Of a stretch of 64,000 bases of DNA, positions 30,990-39,878 are shown piece after piece (position 1 is the first letter of the stretch; every line of letters begins with the position of its first letter). The stretch lies in NCBI GenBank assembly GCA_030055595.1, contig JASFYH010000007.1:662-64661 (forward strand), written 5' to 3'. A model generated the notes under the pieces. That model searched no databases, was not told where the DNA came from, and saw only the letters and a list, made by a program, of their open reading frames with translations. The position numbers were made by a program, and so were the translations under genes. The DNA comes from Archaeoglobales archaeon (GTDB lineage: Archaea > Halobacteriota > Archaeoglobi > Archaeoglobales > Archaeoglobaceae).

Positions 30990-31247
30990 TTGGCGGAAAT
31001 TACAGAAGTTAGAATATACAAGTCGAAGGGAGACGGAAACGTGAAGGCGTATGCCTCTGTAAGCTTGGACAATGAATTCGTTGTGAAGGGTTTGAAAGTT
31101 ATAGAGGGGGAAAAGGGGCTTTGGGTTAGCATGCCCAGTAAAAAAGGAAAGGATGGAAGCTACCAAGATCTGTTCCATCCAGTAAGCAAAGAGGCAAGAG
31201 ATAAGATCGTGGATGCGGTTTTGAAAGCTTACCAGAATCAGGAGTAA
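30990..31247 (+). CDS. spoVG: SpoVG-family protein
   Basis: AEITEVRIYKSKGDGNVKAYASVSLDNEFVVKGLKVIEGEKGLWVSMPSKKGKDGSYQDLFHPVSKEARDKIVDAVLKAY aligns along its length with my memory of B. subtilis SpoVG ([60 protein letters not shown].HPI). TTG start at 30990 lies 6 nt after AAAGGAGGG. TATA-like TTATATA at 30940-30946 argues against the track start at 30930. Confidence 0.8.
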   Translation: MAEITEVRIYKSKGDGNVKAYASVSLDNEFVVKGLKVIEGEKGLWVSMPSKKGKDGSYQDLFHPVSKEARDKIVDAVLKAYQNQE

Positions 31248-31466
31248 ATTTAAAATTCAGATCTTGAAAGATTTTTATAGTTTTATTTTAATATTGTTCA
31301 ATAGTTTTGAAAAATTTTTAGGGGGTATAATAGTATGCGAGAAAAGCAACGAAAGTGGTAAACTGAGAACGTGTCTGAATTTAAAGTAGAAGATCCTGAC
31401 CGTCCAACTACCGCAGAAGAACTGAAACTAAAAAATCTACCCATTTATTTTTATCTCCTTAAAAAA

Positions 31467-31820
31467 TTAACCGCTTGGGACAAACTTTGTCCCGTAGTAG
31501 ATTATTCCCGCTTCACCGTCTTCTCCATATCTCCTGAATGCCTTTTTGACTTTCATTCCAATCTCGACCTTGTCCGCACAAACTTCTGCAAGGGTCTTTG
31601 CACCGTTGTTTAGCCCGATCATCGCAATGATCTTGCCATTCACAACTGTGTAGCTCAAAATTATTCCCTCGTCGGGAAACCTCTCGTCTCTTAGCTTACC
31701 TCTCCTTCTGCACCTCGGGCATATTTCTCTTTTCGGATAATAGTGGCTTCCACAGTTCTCGCAGTGGCTACCAACAACATCGTATCGGTATTTGATCTTC
31801 CGCCAAAATCTCGGAACCAT
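31467..31820 (-). CDS. DUF35 Zn-ribbon/OB-fold protein (scaffold of the archaeal thiolase/HMG-CoA synthase complex)
   Basis: 117 aa. CENCGSHYYPKREICPRCRRRG rubredoxin-like ribbon followed by an OB-fold segment. Last gene of the operon. Confidence 0.85.
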   Translation of the reverse strand: MVPRFWRKIKYRYDVVGSHCENCGSHYYPKREICPRCRRRGKLRDERFPDEGIILSYTVVNGKIIAMIGLNNGAKTLAEVCADKVEIGMKVKKAFRRYGEDGEAGIIYYGTKFVPSG

Positions 31821-31824
31821 AAGA

Positions 31825-32976
31825 TCACCTCGAAAGGATCGTAACTACCGCAGTCGCTCCCGTGCCACCAACATTCAAAGCAAGGGCTTTTTCAGCATCA
31901 ACCTGTCTCTTTCCAGCTTCTCCACGCAACTGCAAAACCAATTCTACAATTTGTCTTATTCCGGTTGCCCCCACCGCATGTCCACAGGCTTTAAGACCTC
32001 CGGACGGATTTATGGGAATCTTTCCGCCAATTTCAACCTCGCCTTCCCTTATAAGCTTCGCTCCTTCGCCCTTTTTTGCAAATCCAAGATCTTCGTAAGC
32101 CAATAGCTCTGCAATCGTGAATGAATCATGCACTTCTGCTACGCCTATTTGCTCCGGATCTATTTTTGCAATTCTGTAAGCATCTCTTGAAGCTTTTGAA
32201 ACCGCTCTCATTGTCAGAAGATCTCTGCGACACTGCAAAGCCAAGTAATCGCTTGCCTGAGTGCATGCTTCAATGAAGACTGGAGTGTCACAGAGTTTTC
32301 TTGCAGTGTTCTCATTAGCCAAGATCACCGCTGATGCTCCATCGCTCAAAGGAGCGCAATCTAAAACCTTCAGGGGTTCTGCAACGAATTCAGAAGAAAG
32401 AACGTCTTCAATCTTGATCTCCTTTCTGAATTGAGCTTTTGGATTGTGCACAGCGTTTTTATGATTTTTAACCGCAATTCTTGCCAAGTCCTCCTCAGTT
32501 GTGCCAAATTTATGCATATAAAGCCTTGCAATGATCGCATAAAGCGCGGGAAGATTTGCACCAACAAATCTCTCCCATTCCTGATCAACAGAAGTAGAAA
32601 GAATGCCCATAGGATCAACAGAGTCAGTAACCTTCTCAATTCCCGCTGCAATCACAACTTCGTGCATTCCTGAAGCAACCGCCATGTAAGCCTGCCTAAA
32701 TGCTGAGCCACCGCTCGCATCCGCATTTTCTACCCTAACCGCCGGAATTCCGAATTCAGCCAAGCCAGCGTGATCTGCAATTAACGCAGCGATGTGCTCT
32801 TGATCTATAAACTTTCCTCCACTCATATTTCCGACGTAAATTGCCCCAATCTCCTTGCCTTCAAGACCACAATCGTTTAAAGCTTCTATTCCCGCTTCCA
32901 GAAAGATACTTCTGAAACTCTTGTCCCAAAGTTCCCCGAATTCAGTGCATCCTACTCCAATGACTGCGACTTTCAT
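31825..32976 (-). CDS. Acetyl-CoA acetyltransferase (archaeal thiolase)
   Basis: 383 aa. Thiolase-fold motifs ([25 protein letters not shown]). Confidence 0.9.
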   Translation of the reverse strand: MKVAVIGVGCTEFGELWDKSFRSIFLEAGIEALNDCGLEGKEIGAIYVGNMSGGKFIDQEHIAALIADHAGLAEFGIPAVRVENADASGGSAFRQAYMAVASGMHEVVIAAGIEKVTDSVDPMGILSTSVDQEWERFVGANLPALYAIIARLYMHKFGTTEEDLARIAVKNHKNAVHNPKAQFRKEIKIEDVLSSEFVAEPLKVLDCAPLSDGASAVILANENTARKLCDTPVFIEACTQASDYLALQCRRDLLTMRAVSKASRDAYRIAKIDPEQIGVAEVHDSFTIAELLAYEDLGFAKKGEGAKLIREGEVEIGGKIPINPSGGLKACGHAVGATGIRQIVELVLQLRGEAGKRQVDAEKALALNVGGTGATAVVTILSR

Positions 32977-34001
32977 TTTATCATCCTCCTGTGCTTCAAA
33001 TAAAGTGCATAGTCCAAGTAAACTCCGTTGTTTGCCTTATCCCAGACTTTGGCATTTCTGGGATATTCGAGGATCTTGTCAGTGACCCTTATTGCAAAGG
33101 CGTCGCTTCCCGCTCCAGAGCCAAATGAGACGAGAAGAACTCTCTGATCAGGCTTTGCTATATCTAAAATTCCGCAAAGTCCAAGTAAAGAGGATGCGGA
33201 ATAAGTGTTTCCAATCGCTCTTACAAGCATTCCCTGAGCAATATTTTCCTCTTTGAAACCAAGCATATTCGCAACTCTTGCGGGAAACTTTGCATTCGGC
33301 TGGTGAAAGACCGCGTAGTCAAAATCCTTCTCGCTGTAACCGCAAATCTCCATCAATTTCTTCGCTGCAGAAGTCACATGCCTGAAATAAGCGGGAGCTC
33401 CCGTAAATCTACCGCCATGGCTTGGATAGGGCTGCAGATCTCTTCTCCAGAAGTCCGGTGTGTCGCTCGTGTAAGAAACTGTTGCTTCGATCTCCGCAAT
33501 CGGATCTTTTCCGATTACGATCGCTGCCGCTCCCGCCCCAGCGGTGTATTCAAGAGCATCACCGGGCTTTGCCTGAGCGGTGTCGGAGCCTATTGACATT
33601 CCGTAGTCAATCATTCCCGCTTTAACCATTGCAAAGCAAAACTGCATGCCAGCGGTAGCTGCTTTGCATGCAAACTCAAGATCTGCACAGAAGTAGCCGT
33701 TTCCAATTCCTAAAGCCTCACCTACGATCGTTGCGGTTGGCTTAACTGCGTAAGGATGACTTTCAGAGCCCACAAAAACCGCACCAATTTTCTCTGGCAG
33801 AATTTCTGCTCTACTTAAAGCTTCTCTGCCCGCTTCGACAGCCATCGTTGCTGTGTCCTCGTCCAGATCAGGCACAGATTTCTCCTTAACACCCAGACCA
33901 CTTTTTATCGCCTCAGGATCTTCTCCCCAGATCCTCGCTATTTCCTCAACCTTTATTCTATACTTTGGAATATAAGTCCCATAAGAGACGATTCCGATCA
34001 C
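32973..34001 (-). CDS. Hydroxymethylglutaryl-CoA synthase (archaeal type)
   Basis: 342 aa. [21 protein letters not shown] (active-site Cys), FHQPNAKF. Overlaps the thiolase start. Confidence 0.9.
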   Translation of the reverse strand: MIGIVSYGTYIPKYRIKVEEIARIWGEDPEAIKSGLGVKEKSVPDLDEDTATMAVEAGREALSRAEILPEKIGAVFVGSESHPYAVKPTATIVGEALGIGNGYFCADLEFACKAATAGMQFCFAMVKAGMIDYGMSIGSDTAQAKPGDALEYTAGAGAAAIVIGKDPIAEIEATVSYTSDTPDFWRRDLQPYPSHGGRFTGAPAYFRHVTSAAKKLMEICGYSEKDFDYAVFHQPNAKFPARVANMLGFKEENIAQGMLVRAIGNTYSASSLLGLCGILDIAKPDQRVLLVSFGSGAGSDAFAIRVTDKILEYPRNAKVWDKANNGVYLDYALYLKHRRMIK

Positions 34002-34678
34002 AGAAAATCCCTCCTTAATCTTCCAATTAGCTCCCCAACCTCAAGCTCGGTGCGGATGAGCGGAATTTTCTCCGCGTCCGCAATTTTTACTGCCATTTCA
34101 TCTACCTTTGAAATTCCATGAAGCACAACAGTTGAGGGCTTTAAACTTGAAACCCTAACAGCGACCAAAGGCGATCTACCACTTGTTATTTTCGTGAAAA
34201 CAAGTGCCCTCTCACTTGTAAAACCAAAAAGCCTGTAGAAATCGTATGCATTGAACATTAAAATGGCGTTAAGGCTATCTATTACAGTATGTCCATTTAT
34301 AAGTCTCTCAAAGTTGTTAAGTCTTTCCCCTTCGATTTTTGAGCAGAATTCCTCAACGCTCACACCACGGAAGTATTCCGCAATGTCTATAATCGCAGAA
34401 GAAAGCTCCGGCAAATCTCGATACTTAGAAATTACCGGATTTACCCTCTGGGAGTCGAGTTCTATAAGAGCCAGAACGAATTTTTTTATAAAAGCTACAC
34501 CCGGATTTCTTCTTCCCGCTTCATAATCACTGATAACAGAGGGAGAAATATCGAGTTTTCTTGCAAGCTCGCTCTGTGAGATCGAAAATATTTGCCTCCA
34601 TTTTTTCATCGCCTCTCCATGATGCTCCGCTAATGCTATCTCTCCACATACTCGCTCAGCGAATCTTCTATGCTCCAC
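33998..34678 (-). CDS. XRE-type HTH transcriptional regulator with a C-terminal uncharacterised domain (COG1395-like)
   Basis: 226 aa. [27 protein letters not shown] is a classic XRE HTH. 4-nt overlap with the HMG-CoA synthase start. Confidence 0.7.
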   Translation of the reverse strand: MEHRRFAERVCGEIALAEHHGEAMKKWRQIFSISQSELARKLDISPSVISDYEAGRRNPGVAFIKKFVLALIELDSQRVNPVISKYRDLPELSSAIIDIAEYFRGVSVEEFCSKIEGERLNNFERLINGHTVIDSLNAILMFNAYDFYRLFGFTSERALVFTKITSGRSPLVAVRVSSLKPSTVVLHGISKVDEMAVKIADAEKIPLIRTELEVGELIGRLRRDFL

Positions 34679-34741
34679 AAAACTAATTTTCCTTTCAGCT
34701 TATAAATTTAACTAATTGACTATAAGTGTTTCGACAATTGT

Positions 34742-36028
34742 CTACTGAACCTTTTCCCATTTGTAAAGCTCAACCACGTCTGCAAGCGTCCTGCCCTTCT
34801 CCTCTATTTCCCCTCTAATCCTGTCCTCTGATTTCTTCACTTCAAAAGCTCTTCTTGCAACCTCATAGGCTCTCTGCTTGGGAATTACCATCACTCCATT
34901 GTCGTCAGCAATGATCCAGTCCCCCGGATTGACTTCGATGCCTCCGCAAATTATTCTAACGTTGATCTCACCAAAACCCTTGGGCTCACCTGCGTTTGGA
35001 ACTTCTCTCTTTGCAAAAAGCGGGAAGCCAAGAGCTCTTATGTCATCAACATCTCTAACCGCACCGTCTATTATAACCCCTGCGATTTTTCTATTGAGAC
35101 AGCTTCTTGTCGCAAGTTCTCCCCAGACCGCGGTTGTGTCGCCTGAGCATTTTATAACGATCACATCTCCCTCACCCGCAACATTTATAGACTCAACTGG
35201 CTTAGCCCAGTCTCCGTCCATTGTGCTAACAGTCACAGCTTTGCCTACGATCTTTTTACCGCGAACAAGTGGATAAACTCCGCTCATCGCCCTTGCACGA
35301 TGCATCGCATCGCTAACATTCGGCGTAGAGACTTTCATCAGCAACTCTCGGGTTTCTTCATCCATGCTTTTCTTAACGTAAGTCCCCGCTTTCTTGTCAA
35401 TCGCCTCTCTTACTTTTCTCGCAGACTCTACAACGTTTCTCGACTTTACTATGTTGCTACCCACGATCACGATCCTCGCTCCCAGAGAGACACAAACCGA
35501 AGCTCTCTCTGCATCAAGTCCGCCTGCGGTTGCAATCGGAATTTGAACACTCCCGACTATATTTTTAAGAACTTCGAGCGGATCTATCCCAATCATTTGC
35601 TGATCTATACCCACATGAACATTTAAATAATCTACACCCATTTCTTCGAGCTCTTTTGCTCTTTTTACTGGATCTGGATGGTTTATTAGATCTACCATGA
35701 TCTCACAACCATATTTTCTTCCCGCACGAATTGCTTCAGCAATCGTTGCATCATTTGAGAGAGCTAAAATGATCACTATATCCGCCCCGCTCTTCGCCGC
35801 CATCTCAACCTCGACAGCGCCCGTATCGATCGTTTTCATGTCCGCAACGATCTTGTGGTCTCGAAAGGTTTTCTTTAGCTCTCTGATCGCATTCATCCCT
35901 TCGCTCTTGATCAAAGGCGTTCCAACTTCCAGCCAATCCGCACCGCCTTCGATAGACTCTTGGGCAATCTCAATCGCCCTTTTTAGCTCTACTAGATCTA
36001 ATGCTACTTGGAGTATTGGTCGATCCAT
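34742..36028 (-). CDS. Fusion of 3-hexulose-6-phosphate synthase (OMPDC family) and an RraA/demethylmenaquinone-methyltransferase-like domain
   Basis: 428 aa. N-terminal ILQVALDL...GADWLEVGTPLIK (HPS). C-terminal VSDAMHR...GDVIVIK...WGELATRSCLNRKIAGVIIDGAVRD (RraA-like). Confidence 0.8.
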   Translation of the reverse strand: MDRPILQVALDLVELKRAIEIAQESIEGGADWLEVGTPLIKSEGMNAIRELKKTFRDHKIVADMKTIDTGAVEVEMAAKSGADIVIILALSNDATIAEAIRAGRKYGCEIMVDLINHPDPVKRAKELEEMGVDYLNVHVGIDQQMIGIDPLEVLKNIVGSVQIPIATAGGLDAERASVCVSLGARIVIVGSNIVKSRNVVESARKVREAIDKKAGTYVKKSMDEETRELLMKVSTPNVSDAMHRARAMSGVYPLVRGKKIVGKAVTVSTMDGDWAKPVESINVAGEGDVIVIKCSGDTTAVWGELATRSCLNRKIAGVIIDGAVRDVDDIRALGFPLFAKREVPNAGEPKGFGEINVRIICGGIEVNPGDWIIADDNGVMVIPKQRAYEVARRAFEVKKSEDRIRGEIEEKGRTLADVVELYKWEKVQ

Positions 36029-36116
36029 AATATAATTTAAACTGAAAGGATTTAGTTTTTTCCCAAATGAGAAAAGGTGAGAAAAGTTTATAGAGTTTAA
36101 CGTTTAATAGTTATAT

Positions 36117-37421
36117 ATGAAGCTTGAGATGAGATACTGGACAGGGCTTGTCGGAGACAAAATTGAAAAAATAGAGTTAGAGTTAAAACCCTCAGAATTT
36201 AGAATGGCTCCTTTTACTCAGATGAAGCCCCTAATTGCCGAAAAAGACACTCCAGTTGAGAAGGGTAAACCCGCAATCGTCGAAATCAAAAGGATCTCCC
36301 TACCGCCTAACACTATGATTGGATGTTTAAATGAAGCCCGCCATGCGCTTGGAACTACGATAAGCGTTATAGAATACGGCAGACCTTCACTTATTGAAGA
36401 AGAGAAATGCATAAGCCAGGCGGTTTTTATTCCCTTGGAAGACGGAGTGGTCAAGAGATGTGATCTAATAGGGGTCATAAAGGTATTCTTTGTTAGAACC
36501 GGGTTTGTAGGCAAAACTTTAGGACTTGGTCAACAGAACTTTGAGATCGTAAGCGAACAGAAAACTGGGAGACTTACATGGAAAGAAAATGGAAATTTAG
36601 TTCGAAAGACCCATAAGATGTTTGATATACTTTACAGAAGAGTTCATATCGCATTGCTTGAGCCTGTCATTGCAGACGAGAGCATTAGCATAAGAAAAAA
36701 TGAAGTTACAAAAGTTAAGATCCAATGCATCACCTTGCCTCCAAACACAGTGGTAACACCAACAGGCTTCATGGGAAATGCTTACGGATCAGTTATGGAC
36801 GTCATACAGAGTGGAAAGCCAAAGAGGATCGAAGAAGAGAGAAAATTGAGCCATGCTATATTTCTGCCCGTGGAAGATGGAAAAATCGAGCAGGGCGACA
36901 TGCTTGGGGCTTTGGCTGTTTATTTCGTTGATTTGGAAGATTTAAAGGCTATAGTAAAAGGAGAAGAAAGAAGTTTTACAACGGTTTACAGAAGTGGACG
37001 AGGGGTGATAAGAACCGCCATAAAAGCACAGCCCTATGGCTTCAGAAGATCTCCAATTGCAAGATGGGAGCTATTAATCGCAGACGAAAATAAGAGAGTT
37101 AAAGCGGGAGAAACTTGTATAATCTCGCTTAAAAAGTTAAAGTTACCCAAGAATACGATCGTCTCTCCATTTGGGATCATGAGACATCCTTTTGGTGTTG
37201 TTCTGGACACGATCCAGAAAAGAATGTCTAAGGTGGAGGAGGAGAAGGAGGTTGAAAAAGCGGTATTCCTTCCAATTGAAAATGGAGATATAAGAAGGGG
37301 TGAATTAGTAGGGATCATCAATATATACGATGTGGAAGTTAGAACCATAGACAGATTGAAGAGCTGGCTAAGAGAGTGGATCGAGCATAAAGAAGTTACT
37401 TCCCCCGCACTTCAACCCTGA
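36117..37421 (+). CDS. Uncharacterised soluble protein composed of three tandem internal repeats
   Basis: 434 aa. Core repeats at aa 39-126, 184-271, 320-406 (nt 36231-36494, 36666-36929, 37074-37334) share the motifs LIA(E/D), LP(P/K)NT, (I/V)EEE(K/R) and A(V/I)F(I/L)P(L/V/I)E(D/N)G in the same order. Confidence 0.7.
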   Translation: MKLEMRYWTGLVGDKIEKIELELKPSEFRMAPFTQMKPLIAEKDTPVEKGKPAIVEIKRISLPPNTMIGCLNEARHALGTTISVIEYGRPSLIEEEKCISQAVFIPLEDGVVKRCDLIGVIKVFFVRTGFVGKTLGLGQQNFEIVSEQKTGRLTWKENGNLVRKTHKMFDILYRRVHIALLEPVIADESISIRKNEVTKVKIQCITLPPNTVVTPTGFMGNAYGSVMDVIQSGKPKRIEEERKLSHAIFLPVEDGKIEQGDMLGALAVYFVDLEDLKAIVKGEERSFTTVYRSGRGVIRTAIKAQPYGFRRSPIARWELLIADENKRVKAGETCIISLKKLKLPKNTIVSPFGIMRHPFGVVLDTIQKRMSKVEEEKEVEKAVFLPIENGDIRRGELVGIINIYDVEVRTIDRLKSWLREWIEHKEVTSPALQP

Positions 37422-37463
37422 AGTTAGGGTTAAAGCTTTTAACTCTGATGCCTCTGCCAAATT

Positions 37464-38537
37464 GTGGTAAGAATAGCGATCGCTACTCCCTACTATCCCC
37501 CAAGCCTCGGAGGAGTAGAGATCCATACAAAAAACCTTGCGGATCATTTAAGAAAAAGAGGTCATGAGGTCGTGGTGGTCTCTTCTGTAGGCTCAGATCT
37601 TGTGCCGAAATGTTTAAAAATACCCTATTCACCAATTCCAATCACTTTTCCACATATTAAGGCAGACATATATCATTCGCATGTTCCCTCGCCGTTCTTT
37701 GCCAGCAAATTGGACAAAGTTGCAAAAAAGGAGCGAAAACCACATGTTATCACCTACCATAACGACGTTGTAATTCCAAACAAGGTATATGGATTTCCAA
37801 TACCAAGATTCATTGGAAGAAATGTTGAAAAAATCAACGATTCTATAATTGACCAATTACTGAAGAAAGTTGATGCAATTATAGCAACAACGAAAAGCTA
37901 CGCAGAGACATCTCCAATTCTTTCTAAATTTATGGATAAAGTAAAAGTAGTTCCAAATGGAGTTGATCCAACGGAATTTACGCCAGGAGTTGATGCAGGG
38001 CAAAGAGATCCGCTTGTGCTCTACGTTGGTAGACTTGTTGCCTACCACAAAGGTGTCCATACGTTGATAGAGGCAATGGCAGAGGTACAAAAAGATCTCA
38101 ATGCATGGCTTGTGATTGTGGGAGATGGAGAGGACAGAAAAAGCTTTGAAAAACTTGCTGAAAAGTTAAATGTAAAATCAGTATTTACCGGAAGAGTCCC
38201 TAGAAGAGAGGTGGTTAATTGGATGCAGAAGGCAAGAGTTCTTGTTTTACCATCTTTCTCAAGAATGGAATCGTTTGGAATTGTTTTGCTTGAAGCAATG
38301 GCATGCTCAACGCCGGTGCTTGGAGCAAATACTCCCGGGGTTGCGGAGGTGGCTTCATATGGAGGTTTGACGTTTAAAAACAACTCTGAGCTTGTTGAAA
38401 TGATAAAAGAGCTACTCAGCAATGATCAGCTTGCAACAAAGCTTGGAAAAATGGGCAGAAAGGCTGTGGAGGAGAAGTTCAACTGGAATACTGTGGTTAA
38501 CGAGATTGAGAAAATCTACTTCGAGCTTCTGGGTTGA
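37464..38537 (+). CDS. Glycosyltransferase family 4 (GT-B, group 1)
   Basis: 357 aa, GTG start. N-terminal YYPPSLGGVEIH. C-terminal ESFGIVLLEAMACSTPVL (E-x7-E region). Confidence 0.85.
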   Translation: MVRIAIATPYYPPSLGGVEIHTKNLADHLRKRGHEVVVVSSVGSDLVPKCLKIPYSPIPITFPHIKADIYHSHVPSPFFASKLDKVAKKERKPHVITYHNDVVIPNKVYGFPIPRFIGRNVEKINDSIIDQLLKKVDAIIATTKSYAETSPILSKFMDKVKVVPNGVDPTEFTPGVDAGQRDPLVLYVGRLVAYHKGVHTLIEAMAEVQKDLNAWLVIVGDGEDRKSFEKLAEKLNVKSVFTGRVPRREVVNWMQKARVLVLPSFSRMESFGIVLLEAMACSTPVLGANTPGVAEVASYGGLTFKNNSELVEMIKELLSNDQLATKLGKMGRKAVEEKFNWNTVVNEIEKIYFELLG

Positions 38538-38579
38538 CTGGCTTGGAAAAGTTTATATAATTATTAACTAAGTCATTTC

Positions 38580-39044
38580 ATGAATGCGGTTCGCCTATTT
38601 CTCTCGCTCGCAATAGTCCTCATTATAGGAATTGCTGGCTCATATTTCACTTCGCAGTCTGTTAAAACTTGGTATCCTACACTTCAAAAGCCATTCTTCA
38701 CACCACCAGACTGGCTTTTCGCTCCCGCATGGACTACGCTTTACATTCTAATAGGTTTGGCTTTGTATGTCTGCTGGCAAAATGGATTCTGGAAAAACTC
38801 AAGGCTTAGGTTTTTCTTCTTCTTACAGCTTGCACTAAACTTTCTGTGGTCTCCGCTCTTCTTTGGTCTTCAGAATCCACTGCTTGGCTTAATTGACATC
38901 TTAGCCCTTGACATCGCAGTGATTGCGACATTGGCTCTGGTTCTAAGGCATTCAAAGCTTGCCACCGCTCTCATGCTCCCGTATCTTTGCTGGATTCTCT
39001 TTGCAACAGCCTTGAACTTGGCGGTTGTAATTCTGAATACTTAA
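38580..39044 (+). CDS. tspO: TspO/MBR tryptophan-rich sensory protein
   Basis: 154 aa, 5 TM. WYPTLQKPFFTPPDWLFAPAWTTLYILIG and LALNFLWSPLFF are TspO signatures. Confidence 0.85.
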   Translation: MNAVRLFLSLAIVLIIGIAGSYFTSQSVKTWYPTLQKPFFTPPDWLFAPAWTTLYILIGLALYVCWQNGFWKNSRLRFFFFLQLALNFLWSPLFFGLQNPLLGLIDILALDIAVIATLALVLRHSKLATALMLPYLCWILFATALNLAVVILNT

Positions 39045-39127
39045 TGTGAAAATAGAGCTCATAAAATCTAAGGGATCTGGAATTGCATAGGGGTAAAGAC
39101 AAATATTTCGCTTTAAAATGTTTTTAT

Positions 39128-39627
39128 ATGATTGCCGAAATTCTCTCAAAGATCCCCATTGAAATATGGAACGAAATAGTTCGAAGAGGGCCAGAATAGT
39201 TGTTTATGGAGGAATTTCTCCGTTTGGATTTTGGTAAATTTGCAGTTTTGATGGTCTCAGCAGGTTTGAACGATTTTAAGTTAAAAGGTAAGGCTGAGAA
39301 GGTTTATTGGTCAGAAATAGCAAAAATCTGAGGCTAAAGGGTTTCAATTCGATATCAGATCTAAAGACCGTTCTTGGCGAATTCTACATGCATGAAAGGT
39401 TAGCAAAACAAAAGCTGAGAAGATTAGAATGCTTTATAACAAGCAAACTTGCAGAAAAGCTTTGGAAATGTCTCGGAATTGCCTTGCTGATGAGTTCTAA
39501 TTCCAATTTCAATTTTGTAGCTCCGATTCCAGTTGACTACAGGATTAGAGAACTAACAAAGAGACTTGGGGCAAAAATTGAAAACGATGAGGACATTAAG
39601 AGTTTCTGGAGTAGAGTTCTCAGCTGA
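39128..39627 (+). pseudogene. Decayed AGOG-type 8-oxoguanine DNA glycosylase gene (in-frame stop, frameshift, 3' truncation)
   Basis: Hand translation gives MIAEILSKIPIEIWNEIVRRGPE-TAG(39197-39199)-LFMEEFLRLDFGKFAVLMVSAGLNDFKLKGKAEKVYWSEIAKI-TGA(39329). Homology then continues in another frame (ORF 39307-39627): ...LKGFNSISDL...HERLAKQKLRRL...APIPVDYRIRELTKRLG...FWSRVLS-stop. LN..(K/R)L.GK.E..W and IPIPVDYR resemble my memory of Pyrobaculum AGOG. Confidence 0.6.
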
Positions 39628-39788
39628 AATACGATGAAATCGTAGTGATTGCTGGAAGAGAATATGTCGAAATCGCAAAGAAGGTATTCCAAAACAAAGT
39701 TATTAGAACTCCGCTGAAAGGTCTCAAGAGTATGGGTTCGATGATCTCCGCTATGAATAAAGCTATAAAAGAGGGCAAAGAACTTTAA
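39627..39788 (+). pseudogene. Start-less C-terminal remnant of an unidentified gene, fused directly to the AGOG remnant
   Basis: Open frame KYDEIVVIAGREYVEIAKKVFQNKVIRTPLKGLKSMGSMISAMNKAIKEGKEL-stop. An upstream in-frame TAG lies at 39612, and there is no plausible start before codon 7. Confidence 0.3.
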
Positions 39789-39878
39789 ATTGGGCACAAG
39801 ATAAAAATTTCCAAAGAATGCTAATAAACAATTTTAGTCTTTCGCTATCTTTATAAATTCACCAGTCAGTTTTTGAGC

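Noticed and set aside
39197-39199. In-frame TAG in the AGOG gene as a pyrrolysine or read-through codon
   Set aside because: The same gene also carries a frameshift and a 3' truncation, and no Pyl machinery is visible in the window. A nonsense mutation in a pseudogene is the simpler explanation.
39537-39797. 86-aa minus-strand ORF across the pseudogene junction, and the 60-aa ORF at 42548-42730
   Set aside because: Neither has motifs. Both lie in decayed or non-coding sequence, the first overlapping better-explained plus-strand remnants. Both have an atypical composition.
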